A DNA stretch of 64,000 bases from Gammaproteobacteria bacterium (GCA_965221695.1 OZ244905.1:2592001-2656000); one strand, 5' to 3'; shown: positions 9,030-18,662, counted from the stretch's first letter. A program made the numbers and translations. The notes: a model not told the origin generated them from the sequence alone.

Positions 9030-9692
9030 TTACTCGCCTAGAACTTCCAATGCATAGGCAAGTGTGCCCTCGCCATCTACTCGCACTTGGTAATCCTCGA
9101 CGAAGATCTTGCCGGCAATCTTCATCTCCGAATCGACCACGAACACTCCAGGGTGAGGGATACCGTATGCGGCTTCCCCCGGTTCGTACCGCTCATTCAA
9201 GATGCCGAGCGTCTTAATGGTTACCGCATCAATATCCGAGAGGAGCGGATAGGTAATGGAGGCAGCATCAATGAACTCCTGTTGCAACGCCGGCGCATCG
9301 TAAGTGATCGCAACGATGCCGAGACCAGCCTCCTCGAAGTCTGCCGCATGTTCCTGCAACTGCACGAGTTGCCTTTTGCAGTAGGGTCACCAGTCCGCCG
9401 AGCGTACTGCGACGAAGACTCCCCCACGCTCGCCCATAAACTGATCGATACTGGTAATCTCCTGCCCCATATGGAGCGCCCGGATGGCCGGGAAGCGGAT
9501 GCCGGTAGAAAGGCCCGGACTGAAAGTGTCCGTATCTTCGGAAACGAACATGCCATCGGTAAGCGGGTCTTCAAGGAGTCCGACAACCTTGCCACCGAAC
9601 AGCTTAATCGGCGGGGCATCCAGGATGACCGCCGCAAAAGGCAGACCCAGAATGATCACGAGTATTGCAAAATTTTTAAGAATCTTGTTCAA
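9030..9692 (-). CDS. Membrane-anchored peroxiredoxin-like (AhpC/TSA) selenoprotein with a UxxC motif (in-frame UGA at 9387-9389)
   Basis: ORFs 9387-9734 and 9030-9365 are in the same frame and read RSADW-TGA-PYCKRQLVQLQ. TTG start at 9692 with a GGAG RBS; hairpin just downstream of the UGA. Confidence 0.85.
9356..9372 (-). promoter_or_regulatory. Candidate bacterial SECIS hairpin
   Basis: mRNA GCAACU-CGUGC-AGUUGC starts 14 nt after the UGA, with G at the second loop position. Confidence 0.65.
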
Positions 9693-9745
9693 GTTACACT
9701 CCAGCAAACCCAGCGCCGGCAAACATCTCTGCAACGGACAGGCGG

Positions 9746-10324
9746 CTACAGTGACAAAAGCCGTTCACATTCACGCACCCATTGCCACACATGTTGACTG
9801 TTTTCCAATTCGAACCCTCCCTCGTGCGCAATCCGAGTATAAGCAAGTAGTGCAATATCGGCAATGGTCAATTTGTCTCCAACCAGCCATTGGCGCCCTG
9901 CCAGGTGATTGTTCATATAACCCAGCGCTTGCTCACCGCGTTCCACCCGCCAGGGTTCGCGTGACCCGCTGGATTTTCCCTGGTAGTGCATATGAAAGCG
10001 GCAAACGGCGATATAGGGCTCATGGCTGTATTGTTCCCAGAACAGCCATTCGTCTACCTTCGCCTGAAGATAGGGATCTTCGGGTAGCAGCATGGTACCC
10101 TGGGCAAGATAGCGGATAATCGCATTGGACTGGGCCAGGCAAGCCCCATTGTCAAGTTGTATCACCGGTACCTGCCCCTGTGGATTTATCCGCAAAAACT
10201 CCGGGGTTCGACTTTCTCCCTGCATTATATCCACATCTTTCCACTCATACCCAAGTCCCAGGTAATCAGCAGTATATTTCACCTTGAGACAGTTACCGGA
10301 ATCGATATCGCCGTAAATTTTCAT
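9746..10324 (-). CDS. Glutathione S-transferase family protein
   Basis: MKIYGDIDSGNCLKV, 'INPQGQVPV', 'QSNAIIRYLA', 'TIADIAL'. Confidence 0.92.
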   Translation of the reverse strand: MKIYGDIDSGNCLKVKYTADYLGLGYEWKDVDIMQGESRTPEFLRINPQGQVPVIQLDNGACLAQSNAIIRYLAQGTMLLPEDPYLQAKVDEWLFWEQYSHEPYIAVCRFHMHYQGKSSGSREPWRVERGEQALGYMNNHLAGRQWLVGDKLTIADIALLAYTRIAHEGGFELENSQHVWQWVRECERLLSL

Positions 10325-10676
10325 CCGGATCGTGCAAGGCAAGAAAATGCCTGGTATACCGGGGCCCGGTTGCCGAGGTGAAGCTGGGCGACCGGGCACA
10401 GCGGCACGGCCTCCGGAAGGGCTTCGGCATGTTCCATGATGCGCTGGGAAAGACTGCGTCTGCTTCGCATCTCAAACTCAACGTGTCGGAAATTCAATGA
10501 TTAGAATACTACGAAACAACATCAGAGCAAAACGACCCTGGCCGTTGAACAGTATGCGATTATCCCGTCTTGCTCCATAAGTTCATCCCTAAACTACATT
10601 AACCCAGCGCAGTTCTGGTAGACTATGGCGCTGCAAATTACGTTAGCCAAATTTTCTATTTGCTGTGTAAATTTAA

Positions 10677-10827
10677 GGAAACTCTGAACAAGTCCATCCT
10701 GGACTTGTCAGAGTACGGAAAACAAAAATGCAATTTTTGTTTTCCTCACAAAATCAATGCCTTACAGTCATTGATTTTGACGATACATCCTTGTATCGTA
10801 GGAACCTCTGACTTAATCAGAGGTTCC
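10677..10827 (-). mobile_element. 151-bp MITE copy B (inverted)
   Basis: Reverse complement of copy A with 3 substitutions; TTAA on both sides. Confidence 0.88.
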
Positions 10828-10844
10828 TTAACTAACTGACCTGC

Positions 10845-10998
10845 GCCCCATACCATTCCCGCGCAAGCGGGAATCCAGTGAGACAAAGGGTCGCCCTTCG
10901 GGCGACACAGTATTGGACTGGACTCTCGTTTTCGCGGGAGTGGTTCAGTAGCAAGGAGACACAGTGTTTGACTGGCCTCTCGCTGTTGCGGGAGTGGT
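10845..10998. repeat. Most complete family R repeat (three hairpins plus a duplicated right arm)
   Basis: attcccgcgcaagcgggaatccagt...gtcgcccttcgggcgac...actggactctcgttttcgcgggagtggt, followed by a second actggcctctcgctgttgcgggagtggt. Confidence 0.8.
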
Positions 10999-11119
10999 AC
11001 GGGGGAATGTTCTAGTTTGTGCCAAGATTTACATGCGTGTGCAGAGATCTGATTATGAAGGTTTATGCAAGACAAAACGGGGCGTTAATGGTGGCTCCTG
11101 ATAACTCTAAGGGCTTTTC

Positions 11120-12322
11120 ATGAGAATCATCTGGCTGGTTAATCTTGCCATCTTGTTTGCCTTCATCAAGGTATTTGAAATACCTTCGATGATTCCGGTC
11201 TTTGTTGACGAATTACAAATCAGTTATGCCCAGGCTGGCTTATTCATGACGGCTTATACCGTGGTCAGGTGTCTGGCCAGCTTGCCGGCCGGCTCAGTGA
11301 CGGACAAACTGGGCGCCGCGCCGGTTATCTCCGTTTGTCTTCTTTGTGTTGGGCTGCTGGGTATCCTGGGTACATTCGGCAATAACTATCATGTTTTACT
11401 GACGCTGCGAGTATTGGTTTCCATCGGCATCGCAATTATATTTATCGCCGCGGTCGATGCCATTCCGAAATACATGCCCCCGGAACAGGTAGGCAAGGGC
11501 ATTGGTTATATAAACGGTTCGCTTAACGTTGGCATTGCCCTGGCGTTGTTCATGACGCCGATACTCGCTGATTCTTTGGGCTGGCGCTGGACGGCGCGTA
11601 TCTATTCGGTGTCTTTACTGCTTCTCTTCGCAGCATCCATCCCGATATTGAGAAGCCTGCCGCAAACAGCCAAGCCGGACAAAACCGCCGGCAATGAAGG
11701 CGCTGTCACCATGACCGACCTGTTACGCAATCCCTCGGTCATGCTACTGGCGTTCGGCGCTTGTATCCTGTTTGTTGAGCTCTACGGGACGCTGACCTGG
11801 GTTCCCGTATATCTGGACGAAGTTTATAATTATTCTCCTGCTGAAATCGGGGTTGGCGCTACCATGTTCGGTATCGCGGCAATCCCGGCGTCTATAATTA
11901 CCGGTTTTCTCTGCGCAAACCTGCGCCGGATAGTACTGTTATGCGTCTCGGGAGGAGTCCTGGCCTGCGCCGGCATTCTCATCCTGATGAGCGCATCGGT
12001 CCTGCCGTTGTGGCTGACTGTCATGGTCATTACCATGATCGCCTGGGGACATTCTCAGGTCATTGTAACCATCATGAGCATCGCTGCGATGATCGCGCCG
12101 TCAAACAGTTCAGGCAAAGCGCTGGGTCTGATATTCACATTCGGTTACGCCGGTTCGATACTGGGGAGTTATTCAGGCGGTTACCTGCTGGAAAGAACGG
12201 GCGATTATGATGCGTCATTTATTCTCTTTGCTGTTTCTGCCAGCGCCAGTATCATCGCGGTACTGGCCGTCAGCAGAATATTGCATAAACGGCCGCCGGC
12301 GCATTTTAAACTGAGGATGTGA
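11120..12322 (+). CDS. MFS transporter
   Basis: About 12 hydrophobic segments; motif A-like 'GSVTDKLG'. Confidence 0.9.
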   Translation: MRIIWLVNLAILFAFIKVFEIPSMIPVFVDELQISYAQAGLFMTAYTVVRCLASLPAGSVTDKLGAAPVISVCLLCVGLLGILGTFGNNYHVLLTLRVLVSIGIAIIFIAAVDAIPKYMPPEQVGKGIGYINGSLNVGIALALFMTPILADSLGWRWTARIYSVSLLLLFAASIPILRSLPQTAKPDKTAGNEGAVTMTDLLRNPSVMLLAFGACILFVELYGTLTWVPVYLDEVYNYSPAEIGVGATMFGIAAIPASIITGFLCANLRRIVLLCVSGGVLACAGILILMSASVLPLWLTVMVITMIAWGHSQVIVTIMSIAAMIAPSNSSGKALGLIFTFGYAGSILGSYSGGYLLERTGDYDASFILFAVSASASIIAVLAVSRILHKRPPAHFKLRM

Positions 12323-13128
12323 AAGTTATGGATGTTCCCAAACCGCGTAATTATTACACGCAACCGCAGTTTATTGACGTGAATGGCCTGAGCACAGCCT
12401 ACCGGCGCAAAGGCAACGGCGAGCCGACGCTATTCCTGCATGGGGCGGGCTTGACACGCAGGTGGTTGCCCATGTACGAGCGCCTCTCGGAGGCGGTTGA
12501 TTTTATCGCGCCGGAACATCCGGGCTTCGGAGAAACGCCCCGTCCGGACTGGTTGCGGAGTTTCAACGATCTTGTCATTCACTATGATCAATTCCTGGCT
12601 CAACTGGACATCACTGATTTCCACCTGATCGGCTGGTCGCTGGGCGGCTGGACCGCGGCCGAATTCGCATCCTATTATCCACGCCGTTTGAAATCCATGA
12701 CTTTGATCGTTCCCATCGGACTGCGCCTGGTTGACAATCCCGGTGTGGACTATTTCAAACTGCTGCCGGAGGAATCTGCTGAACTGGTGTTCAACGACAA
12801 GACGGCGCTGGAAGCGGTTGCCCCGGACCCGGACGATTTCGATGAACTCTGTCAGGCTCATTATGAAGCTTCCACCTTCGCTAAGCTGGTCTGGTCGCCG
12901 CGTTACAACCTGGCGCTGGAACATCGGCTGCAAAGGATCGGGTTTCCGACCCTGCTGGTCAAGGCCGAGGATGACCGGCTGGTTCCAGGCGAGATGGCCG
13001 ACCGGTTTGCTGAAATCATACCGGGCGCAAAAACTGTCAGCATCCCGGAAACAGGGCATGCGTTGTGTGTTGAACGTCCCGATGAAACCGCAGCGGCGAT
13101 ATTGGAGTTCATTGAGGAGAACAGATGA
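12319..13128 (+). CDS. Alpha/beta hydrolase
   Basis: 'FLHGAG', nucleophile elbow GWSLGG, 'ETGH'. Confidence 0.9.
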   Translation: MKVMDVPKPRNYYTQPQFIDVNGLSTAYRRKGNGEPTLFLHGAGLTRRWLPMYERLSEAVDFIAPEHPGFGETPRPDWLRSFNDLVIHYDQFLAQLDITDFHLIGWSLGGWTAAEFASYYPRRLKSMTLIVPIGLRLVDNPGVDYFKLLPEESAELVFNDKTALEAVAPDPDDFDELCQAHYEASTFAKLVWSPRYNLALEHRLQRIGFPTLLVKAEDDRLVPGEMADRFAEIIPGAKTVSIPETGHALCVERPDETAAAILEFIEENR

Positions 13129-14483
13129 TGAACAAGCTGAAATTCTATTTTTTCCACCTGATGCCCTACGGTTATGTGCCCAGGTCCAGCGAATTTGATT
13201 CGTCCTGGGTGACACTGTCCAACGAATATTACGACCCCACACGCGGCCACCAGCTCTATAACGAGTACATTGATCTCCTGGTGGCAGCGGAAAAATACGG
13301 TTACGACGGCGCCATCGTCAATGAACACCACGCCAACGCCTATGGCACCATGCCGTCTCCCAACCTGATCGCGGCCATGGTGGTTGCCCGGACGCAGCGC
13401 ATGCCTGTCGGTATCGTCGGCAACGCCATTCCGCTGCATGGCAACCCGGTGCGGGTTGCAGAGGAGATTGCCATGCTGGACGTGATCTCCGGCGGCCGTA
13501 TCATCTCCGGCTTCGTGCGCGGCATCGGTTGTGAATACTTCAACAATCCCGTGTCGCCCACGGATTCCGTGGAAAGGTTCTGGGAGGCCAATGAACTGAT
13601 CCTCAAAGCCTGGACTGAACCTGGACCGTTTACCTGGCAGGGCAAGCATTATTACATCCCCAATGTCAATTTGTGGCCGCGTCCCATCCAGAAACCCCAT
13701 CCGCCGGTGTGGCTGCCGGGCATGGGTTCGCTGGAGACACTGCGTGAGTGCGCCAGGAACCGGTACACCTATATGATGATCTTCGCGCCCACCTGGATGT
13801 GCAAGTGGGCCTTCGACAAGTTGAAGGAGGAGGCAGAGCTCTGCGGTTATGAGTTGCCGAAAGACCAGTGCATGGCGGCTATCCCCACCTATGTCGCCGA
13901 AACAGATCGGCAGGCGCACCGGGAAGCCAAGGCCCATATGCAGTGGCTGTTCAATACCGGCCTGAAGATAAAGTCCAGCCATTATTTCCCGCCCGGCTAC
14001 ATGAGTGATCGGTCTTTCCGCGGCTATTGGTCTGCCGTGCGTGATAAAGGCGCCAAAGCGCCAAAAGACCTGAGCTACGACGACCTGATCAAGCAAGGAT
14101 ATATTATCGTTGGTTCGCCACAGACGGTGGCTGAAGGTTATGCGGAATACTGCGATGAACTCGGCGCCGGCGGCGTGCTCTGCGCTGGTTCGCCTTCCGG
14201 TCCCATGCCGAATTGGATGGCTGTAAAAAACATGCAGATGTTCGCTGAGGAAGTCATCCCCTTGTTCCGCGAGGCTGACGGCAAACCGGATTACTTGAGA
14301 GAAGAACCAAACATCGGCGCCACCAACGCCGAGCGCTCCGCGCAACTGGGCGAACCCGGGAATCCGCCCACAGCGCCGATCCAGGGCATGGACAATATCG
14401 CCGACCTGCGAACCATCCATCTGCCGGAAATGATCGACGCCTCGCTTTATGAGGGAGTCACCAAGGAACTGATGGAGGACTGA
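13125..14483 (+). CDS. Luciferase-like (LLM) flavin-dependent monooxygenase
   Basis: 'NEHH', 'PVRVAEEIAMLDVISGGR', 'PRPIQKPHPPVW'. Confidence 0.92.
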   Translation: MMNKLKFYFFHLMPYGYVPRSSEFDSSWVTLSNEYYDPTRGHQLYNEYIDLLVAAEKYGYDGAIVNEHHANAYGTMPSPNLIAAMVVARTQRMPVGIVGNAIPLHGNPVRVAEEIAMLDVISGGRIISGFVRGIGCEYFNNPVSPTDSVERFWEANELILKAWTEPGPFTWQGKHYYIPNVNLWPRPIQKPHPPVWLPGMGSLETLRECARNRYTYMMIFAPTWMCKWAFDKLKEEAELCGYELPKDQCMAAIPTYVAETDRQAHREAKAHMQWLFNTGLKIKSSHYFPPGYMSDRSFRGYWSAVRDKGAKAPKDLSYDDLIKQGYIIVGSPQTVAEGYAEYCDELGAGGVLCAGSPSGPMPNWMAVKNMQMFAEEVIPLFREADGKPDYLREEPNIGATNAERSAQLGEPGNPPTAPIQGMDNIADLRTIHLPEMIDASLYEGVTKELMED

Positions 14484-14611
14484 CCCAGAGATCTCACCGG
14501 GCGATGCGATGATTGCGCCGGGTTTTTTGATGCGTCTATCCTTGGGGCGCCAGCTCCGGGTATCCTTCAGATATCCAAATCCACTCCAGGCGGGCTTGCG
14601 AGATATCCGGG

Positions 14612-15007
14612 TTAAGCTCTAACTCCGTTGTAAAACCAGAACTCCATCTCCACCGCGGCGTTGAGCGGCAACGCGGTAACGCCGACGGCAGTGCGGGCGG
14701 GCAAGCGCATGTCAGCGCTGATAACGGTTTCCCAAGCCTTGTTGATATCCGGGAACCGGTCCATTTGCGTTGTGAAGATGGTGACGCTCAACAGGTCATC
14801 GAGGGACAAGCTGAAATCGGGCAGGGCTTCCAGCAGGTTGCTGAGGATCCTGGCGGTTTCTGCGCCGGCGCCGCCGGGTTCCAGTTCGCCGGTTTCCATA
14901 TTAAGGGCGATCATGCCGGCGGTTTTGTAGAATGGCCCGGCCTTGACTAACGGGCTGTAACGAAACCTGGGAGCGGGCAGATTTTTTGAACTTAGAGCTT
15001 CAATCAT
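14612..15007 (-). CDS. RidA/YjgF/UK114 family protein
   Basis: 'RYSP', 'PARTAVGVTALPLNAAVEME'. Confidence 0.88.
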   Translation of the reverse strand: MIEALSSKNLPAPRFRYSPLVKAGPFYKTAGMIALNMETGELEPGGAGAETARILSNLLEALPDFSLSLDDLLSVTIFTTQMDRFPDINKAWETVISADMRLPARTAVGVTALPLNAAVEMEFWFYNGVRA

Positions 15008-15010
15008 GGA

Positions 15011-16069
15011 TTATGATCCTCGTGCTTGCATGTCTTTGGGGATTACGTGACCGTCCTTGACGATGATGTCGTTGTCCAGCCACAAAGAGCAGTTCTTCAT
15101 GGGCAGGTCGAGGTGGCAGGCGGTATCGTTGTCGCCGCCGAACTCGGTGTTGGGACCGGTGGAAAACAGGACATTGCCGTAATAGGCCCGCCCGTCCATA
15201 CATATCCCAGGCAGGGTCACATCCCACACTGCGTCCTCATTCAGACCCCAGCCTATGTGCGAGACGGCATAGGCGCGAGGGTCGTCAAAGCTTTCCATGT
15301 GCTCAGCCAGCCGCCAGGCATCCGCGCCGCCGTCAATGCCGGTGATGTAACCGTCCTTGATACTGAACGCAATAGGCGTTTCCACTATCACCTTTTGAGG
15401 CAGGATCAAGTCGCCGGCGTCCATGACTACCCGGCCTTCGACGCCGGTCACCGTGCCGGTGGATGCGAGAAAACCGCTGGGCCAGTGGTCCCAGCGTCCC
15501 GGGATGTCGGTATAACCGTACTCGGTCAGTATGCACCGGGGCGGCGGCCCGTCCAGGCGTTCCAGTTCATAGATGACATCAGTCCCTGCCCGATTGGTAA
15601 AGCGCAAAGTTCGCGCGGCCCGTATGCGCCGTTCCCCGGCTTCCACCCGGCGGCGTATGGCCTCCGTGGGAAACAGGCGTTTCAATATCTCGAAAGGTTC
15701 GACTACCAGCAATATGCGCGTGCCGGCGCGTTGTATCTCTATCTGCTCGGTCGAAAACAGCAGGAAGACCAGATCGATAACCAGGTCCGCTTCTTTCAGA
15801 GTTGCCAGGGCCGCGCTGTTATTTTTCAGCGAATTGCCGCCCAGATCGCCCAGGTAAGCGTCTGCGCCTGCCGTATTTGCGGAGGCGAGATGGACATGGG
15901 TTGTCACTGCGCCCAGGTTGTCGCCGGCGCGTAGGAATGCTTCGGCGTAATCCTGCAGGTTGTCGTTTTCCGAGAGCACGGCGAGCTTCTGACTCGAATC
16001 CAGCTTGCAAAGCCGCAAAGCTGCCTCGAACAAGTCGATCATTTCCAGCCTGTCTGCCTGCTTGCCCAT
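15011..16069 (-). CDS. nicX: 2,5-dihydroxypyridine 5,6-dioxygenase-like protein (NicX family)
   Basis: 'EYGYTDIPGRWDHWPSGF', 'SHIGWGLN', 'GNVLFSTGPN', 'CHLD' (His/His/Asp iron ligands of NicX). Confidence 0.82.
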   Translation of the reverse strand: MGKQADRLEMIDLFEAALRLCKLDSSQKLAVLSENDNLQDYAEAFLRAGDNLGAVTTHVHLASANTAGADAYLGDLGGNSLKNNSAALATLKEADLVIDLVFLLFSTEQIEIQRAGTRILLVVEPFEILKRLFPTEAIRRRVEAGERRIRAARTLRFTNRAGTDVIYELERLDGPPPRCILTEYGYTDIPGRWDHWPSGFLASTGTVTGVEGRVVMDAGDLILPQKVIVETPIAFSIKDGYITGIDGGADAWRLAEHMESFDDPRAYAVSHIGWGLNEDAVWDVTLPGICMDGRAYYGNVLFSTGPNTEFGGDNDTACHLDLPMKNCSLWLDNDIIVKDGHVIPKDMQARGS

Positions 16070-16095
16070 AACGATACTCCGTGCCGTTCAGCCTG

Positions 16096-16266
16096 TTACC
16101 GCCGGCGCCGGACGGGCGGTCTCCCGTAAGGACTGAAATGATGCTCGGTCAGCCAGACCGTGTTATACCCCAACGCCTCGGCAAAACTGATCTGCTCGGC
16201 GATATGTTCATACGGTTCCGGCATTCCGTCCATCACCTGTGGAGCCAGTATCAGGCTGAACTTCAC
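16096..16266 (-). pseudogene. Truncated LLM-class monooxygenase (N-terminal ~50 aa only)
   Basis: GTG start with a GAGG RBS; 'AEALGYNTVWLTEHHFSPYG' is the LLM N-terminus, and a stop follows soon after. Confidence 0.75.
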
Positions 16267-16306
16267 GTTAGTTTCCTCACTGTCGAGCATCCCATATGAT
16301 AGCGCT

Positions 16307-17203
16307 TTAACCCGGGTTTCTCACCGCTTCGGCGGAACCGGACTGCCCACCTTGCGTAATCATCCTGATAATGGCTTGAAACAGCGGGCTTTTCGAATTT
16401 GCCAGTTCACCGATAATGGAGAAGTGGTCGTGGTCGGCCACCTCCATATGGGTAACGGGATACCCTGTTTCCCTGAGAACGCTCGCATAAGCCGCAGTCT
16501 GACGGCGGAATTCGGCGGACTCATTCCCTCCGCAAGCGATGATGGCAGGCGTGGGCTGGCCGGATGAGTGAAAAATCGGGCTGTAGCGCCGAGCCGAAGC
16601 AGAGTCCAGTCGCAGCTTTTCATTAGGTTCGCATTCAAGCAGTGGCTCCAGTTCGTACAGGCCGCTGATGGCGCAGGCGCCTTTTACCACGTCAACGGGC
16701 AGACCAAACTGCTCCGGCCAGTCATCGCTGAGCAGTTCCGCGGTCAGGTGCCCGCCGGCGGAGTTACCACTCACATAAATCCGGTCGGGGTCACAGCCGT
16801 ATTGCGCGGCATGTTGATACAGCCATTTCACCGCGTTTCTTATGTCGGCCACGATCTCGCTCATGGTTACGGCCGGCGCCAGCCGGTAATTGATGGGAAC
16901 CCAGGCAATGCCGCGGGGAGTGAACTCACGGGCTGGAAAACGCCTCGGCTCCTTGCTGTTGAAGAACCAGTAGCCGCCATGGATGAACACCAGTATGGGC
17001 GCGCCGTCCGTATCAGGCGCGAAGATGTCCAGAGTCTGGCGCGGACCGGCAGGGCCGTAAGCCAGGTCCAGCGCGCCCGGCAGGGTCCGAACCAGTTCAT
17101 CGCTGAGCTGCTCGTAGCGGCGCACATGATCGCCCATGTCGGGTGTCAGGTTGGTCAGGTACTGGCGCCGCAGTTCGTCCAGCGGATAGTCACGCCAATT
17201 CAT
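16307..17203 (-). CDS. Arylformamidase-like alpha/beta hydrolase
   Basis: 'FIHGGYW', 'SGNSAGGHL', 'ISGLYEL', 'DHFS'. Confidence 0.85.
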   Translation of the reverse strand: MNWRDYPLDELRRQYLTNLTPDMGDHVRRYEQLSDELVRTLPGALDLAYGPAGPRQTLDIFAPDTDGAPILVFIHGGYWFFNSKEPRRFPAREFTPRGIAWVPINYRLAPAVTMSEIVADIRNAVKWLYQHAAQYGCDPDRIYVSGNSAGGHLTAELLSDDWPEQFGLPVDVVKGACAISGLYELEPLLECEPNEKLRLDSASARRYSPIFHSSGQPTPAIIACGGNESAEFRRQTAAYASVLRETGYPVTHMEVADHDHFSIIGELANSKSPLFQAIIRMITQGGQSGSAEAVRNPG

Positions 17204-17513
17204 TCTTCATCTCCTCGGGTACACGTCAGGATCAAAACAGTATTTGGCTATTTATTCAAGCGTTTCTCTTGGGCTCGTGGAGGTCTCACGCGCGTCAATC
17301 GGCCGGTAGTCGGGCATGCGACGGGTTGGCCGTCCGCACGCGGGCGAGACCCAGGGGGAACATGCTGTCAAGTCACAAGCCGCTCATGTAATGGGTCGTC
17401 TGTAAGACGACTTATTGTATAATCCCCCGGTCCTCCAGGGGAACTCAACAAATATGCAAATCCCTTTGTAAATATGGGACAGCCTATGAATACTATGATG
17501 TTCGGGCGAGGTT

Positions 17514-18662
17514 ATGACCAGAACCCGGAATAATCACATCGAAGACTACCGCGTCCTCACCATCCTATCGTTGTTGAATACTTGTGGCGCGGCCGTGTTT
17601 TTCTTTGCTCCGCTGCTGGTTGGCGGTTATGTAACCCAGCTTGGGTTCAGCAGCCAGCAGAGCGGCTATGTGATCTCATCGGAATTGGCCGGATTTGCCC
17701 TGGCGCCGATACCTGCCGCCATCTGGGTGAGAAAGATCAGTTGGCGCGTTACCCTTTACTGCTCCATAGCCATGGTCATTCTGATGAACCTGGTTACTGG
17801 TTCGCTGTCTGGTTTTTCGGCTTATCTGGCGGTCCGCTTTGTCTCCGGGTTTGCCGCCGGCGTCCAGTTGGCCGTTTGCATGGCGGTGATCCACAGCGCT
17901 CGCGACCCGGATCGTAGTCTCGGCTTCTGGTTCAGCCTGCAATTGCTGCTGGGGTCTGTCGGGCTGATCTTTCTGCCTGGATTGATTGGCGCCTTTGGTG
18001 TAGGCGCAGTGTTCTTATTGCTGGCGGTGTCGCATGCCTTGTTACTGATCTTCATTCATAAAATTCCTGATGGGGCGACAACCGGGCCCACGCCTGAGGT
18101 CAAAGCAACCGGGTCCGTTTACACCTGGGCCTTCCTGGGCTTTTCCGCGATCTTCCTGTTTGAATTCGGCATCATGGGTATCTGGACTTATTACGAACGC
18201 ATTGGCGCGGCTGCAGCTATCCCGAACCGGACCATTACCTTTGCCTTGTCAGCCAGTATTTTTCTCGGCTTTGTCGGCGCTAGCGCCGCGGCATACCTGT
18301 CCACGCGCTTCAGCCGCATCGTCCCGGTCGTGGTCGGCAGCGGCCTGGCCGTACTCAGCATGGCACTGTTGCTCGGCCAATTCTCAACCACCGCCTATAT
18401 CATCAGCGCCGGTCTGTATGGCTTCGCCTGGTATTTTACTCTGCCGTATCTGATGGCCTCCATCGCCAACGTAGACAGCAGCGGCCGGCTGCTGATCTTG
18501 TCCAACATGGTCGCGAATCTTGGTGTAGCTGCAGGCCCCGCCTGTGCCGCGCTGTTGCAAAGCGGGGAGGATTATACCCTGGTCTTATACATGGGGATAA
18601 GCGCCATGCTGTTGTCCTTGCTGTTCATCATACGGGTGGCGGCGCAGCCGGCCAGGGAGTAG
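17514..18662 (+). CDS. MFS transporter
   Basis: About 12 TM segments; 'IWTYYERIG'. Confidence 0.85.
   Translation: MTRTRNNHIEDYRVLTILSLLNTCGAAVFFFAPLLVGGYVTQLGFSSQQSGYVISSELAGFALAPIPAAIWVRKISWRVTLYCSIAMVILMNLVTGSLSGFSAYLAVRFVSGFAAGVQLAVCMAVIHSARDPDRSLGFWFSLQLLLGSVGLIFLPGLIGAFGVGAVFLLLAVSHALLLIFIHKIPDGATTGPTPEVKATGSVYTWAFLGFSAIFLFEFGIMGIWTYYERIGAAAAIPNRTITFALSASIFLGFVGASAAAYLSTRFSRIVPVVVGSGLAVLSMALLLGQFSTTAYIISAGLYGFAWYFTLPYLMASIANVDSSGRLLILSNMVANLGVAAGPACAALLQSGEDYTLVLYMGISAMLLSLLFIIRVAAQPARE

Noticed and set aside
6419-10998. CRISPR array or integron attC interpretation of the repeats
   Set aside because: There is no regular repeat-spacer period, cas gene or integrase; TIRs with 4-bp duplications fit a MITE better.
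10746-11075. 109-aa minus-strand ORF
   Set aside because: It is a translation of MITE B and the family R repeat ('WIPACAGM' is a typical repeat-derived peptide).
12903-14420. Long antisense ORFs (also 15026-15934, 33078-34094, 42457-43368, 62295-63167)
   Set aside because: They are shadows of well-supported genes on the opposite strand in GC-rich DNA.
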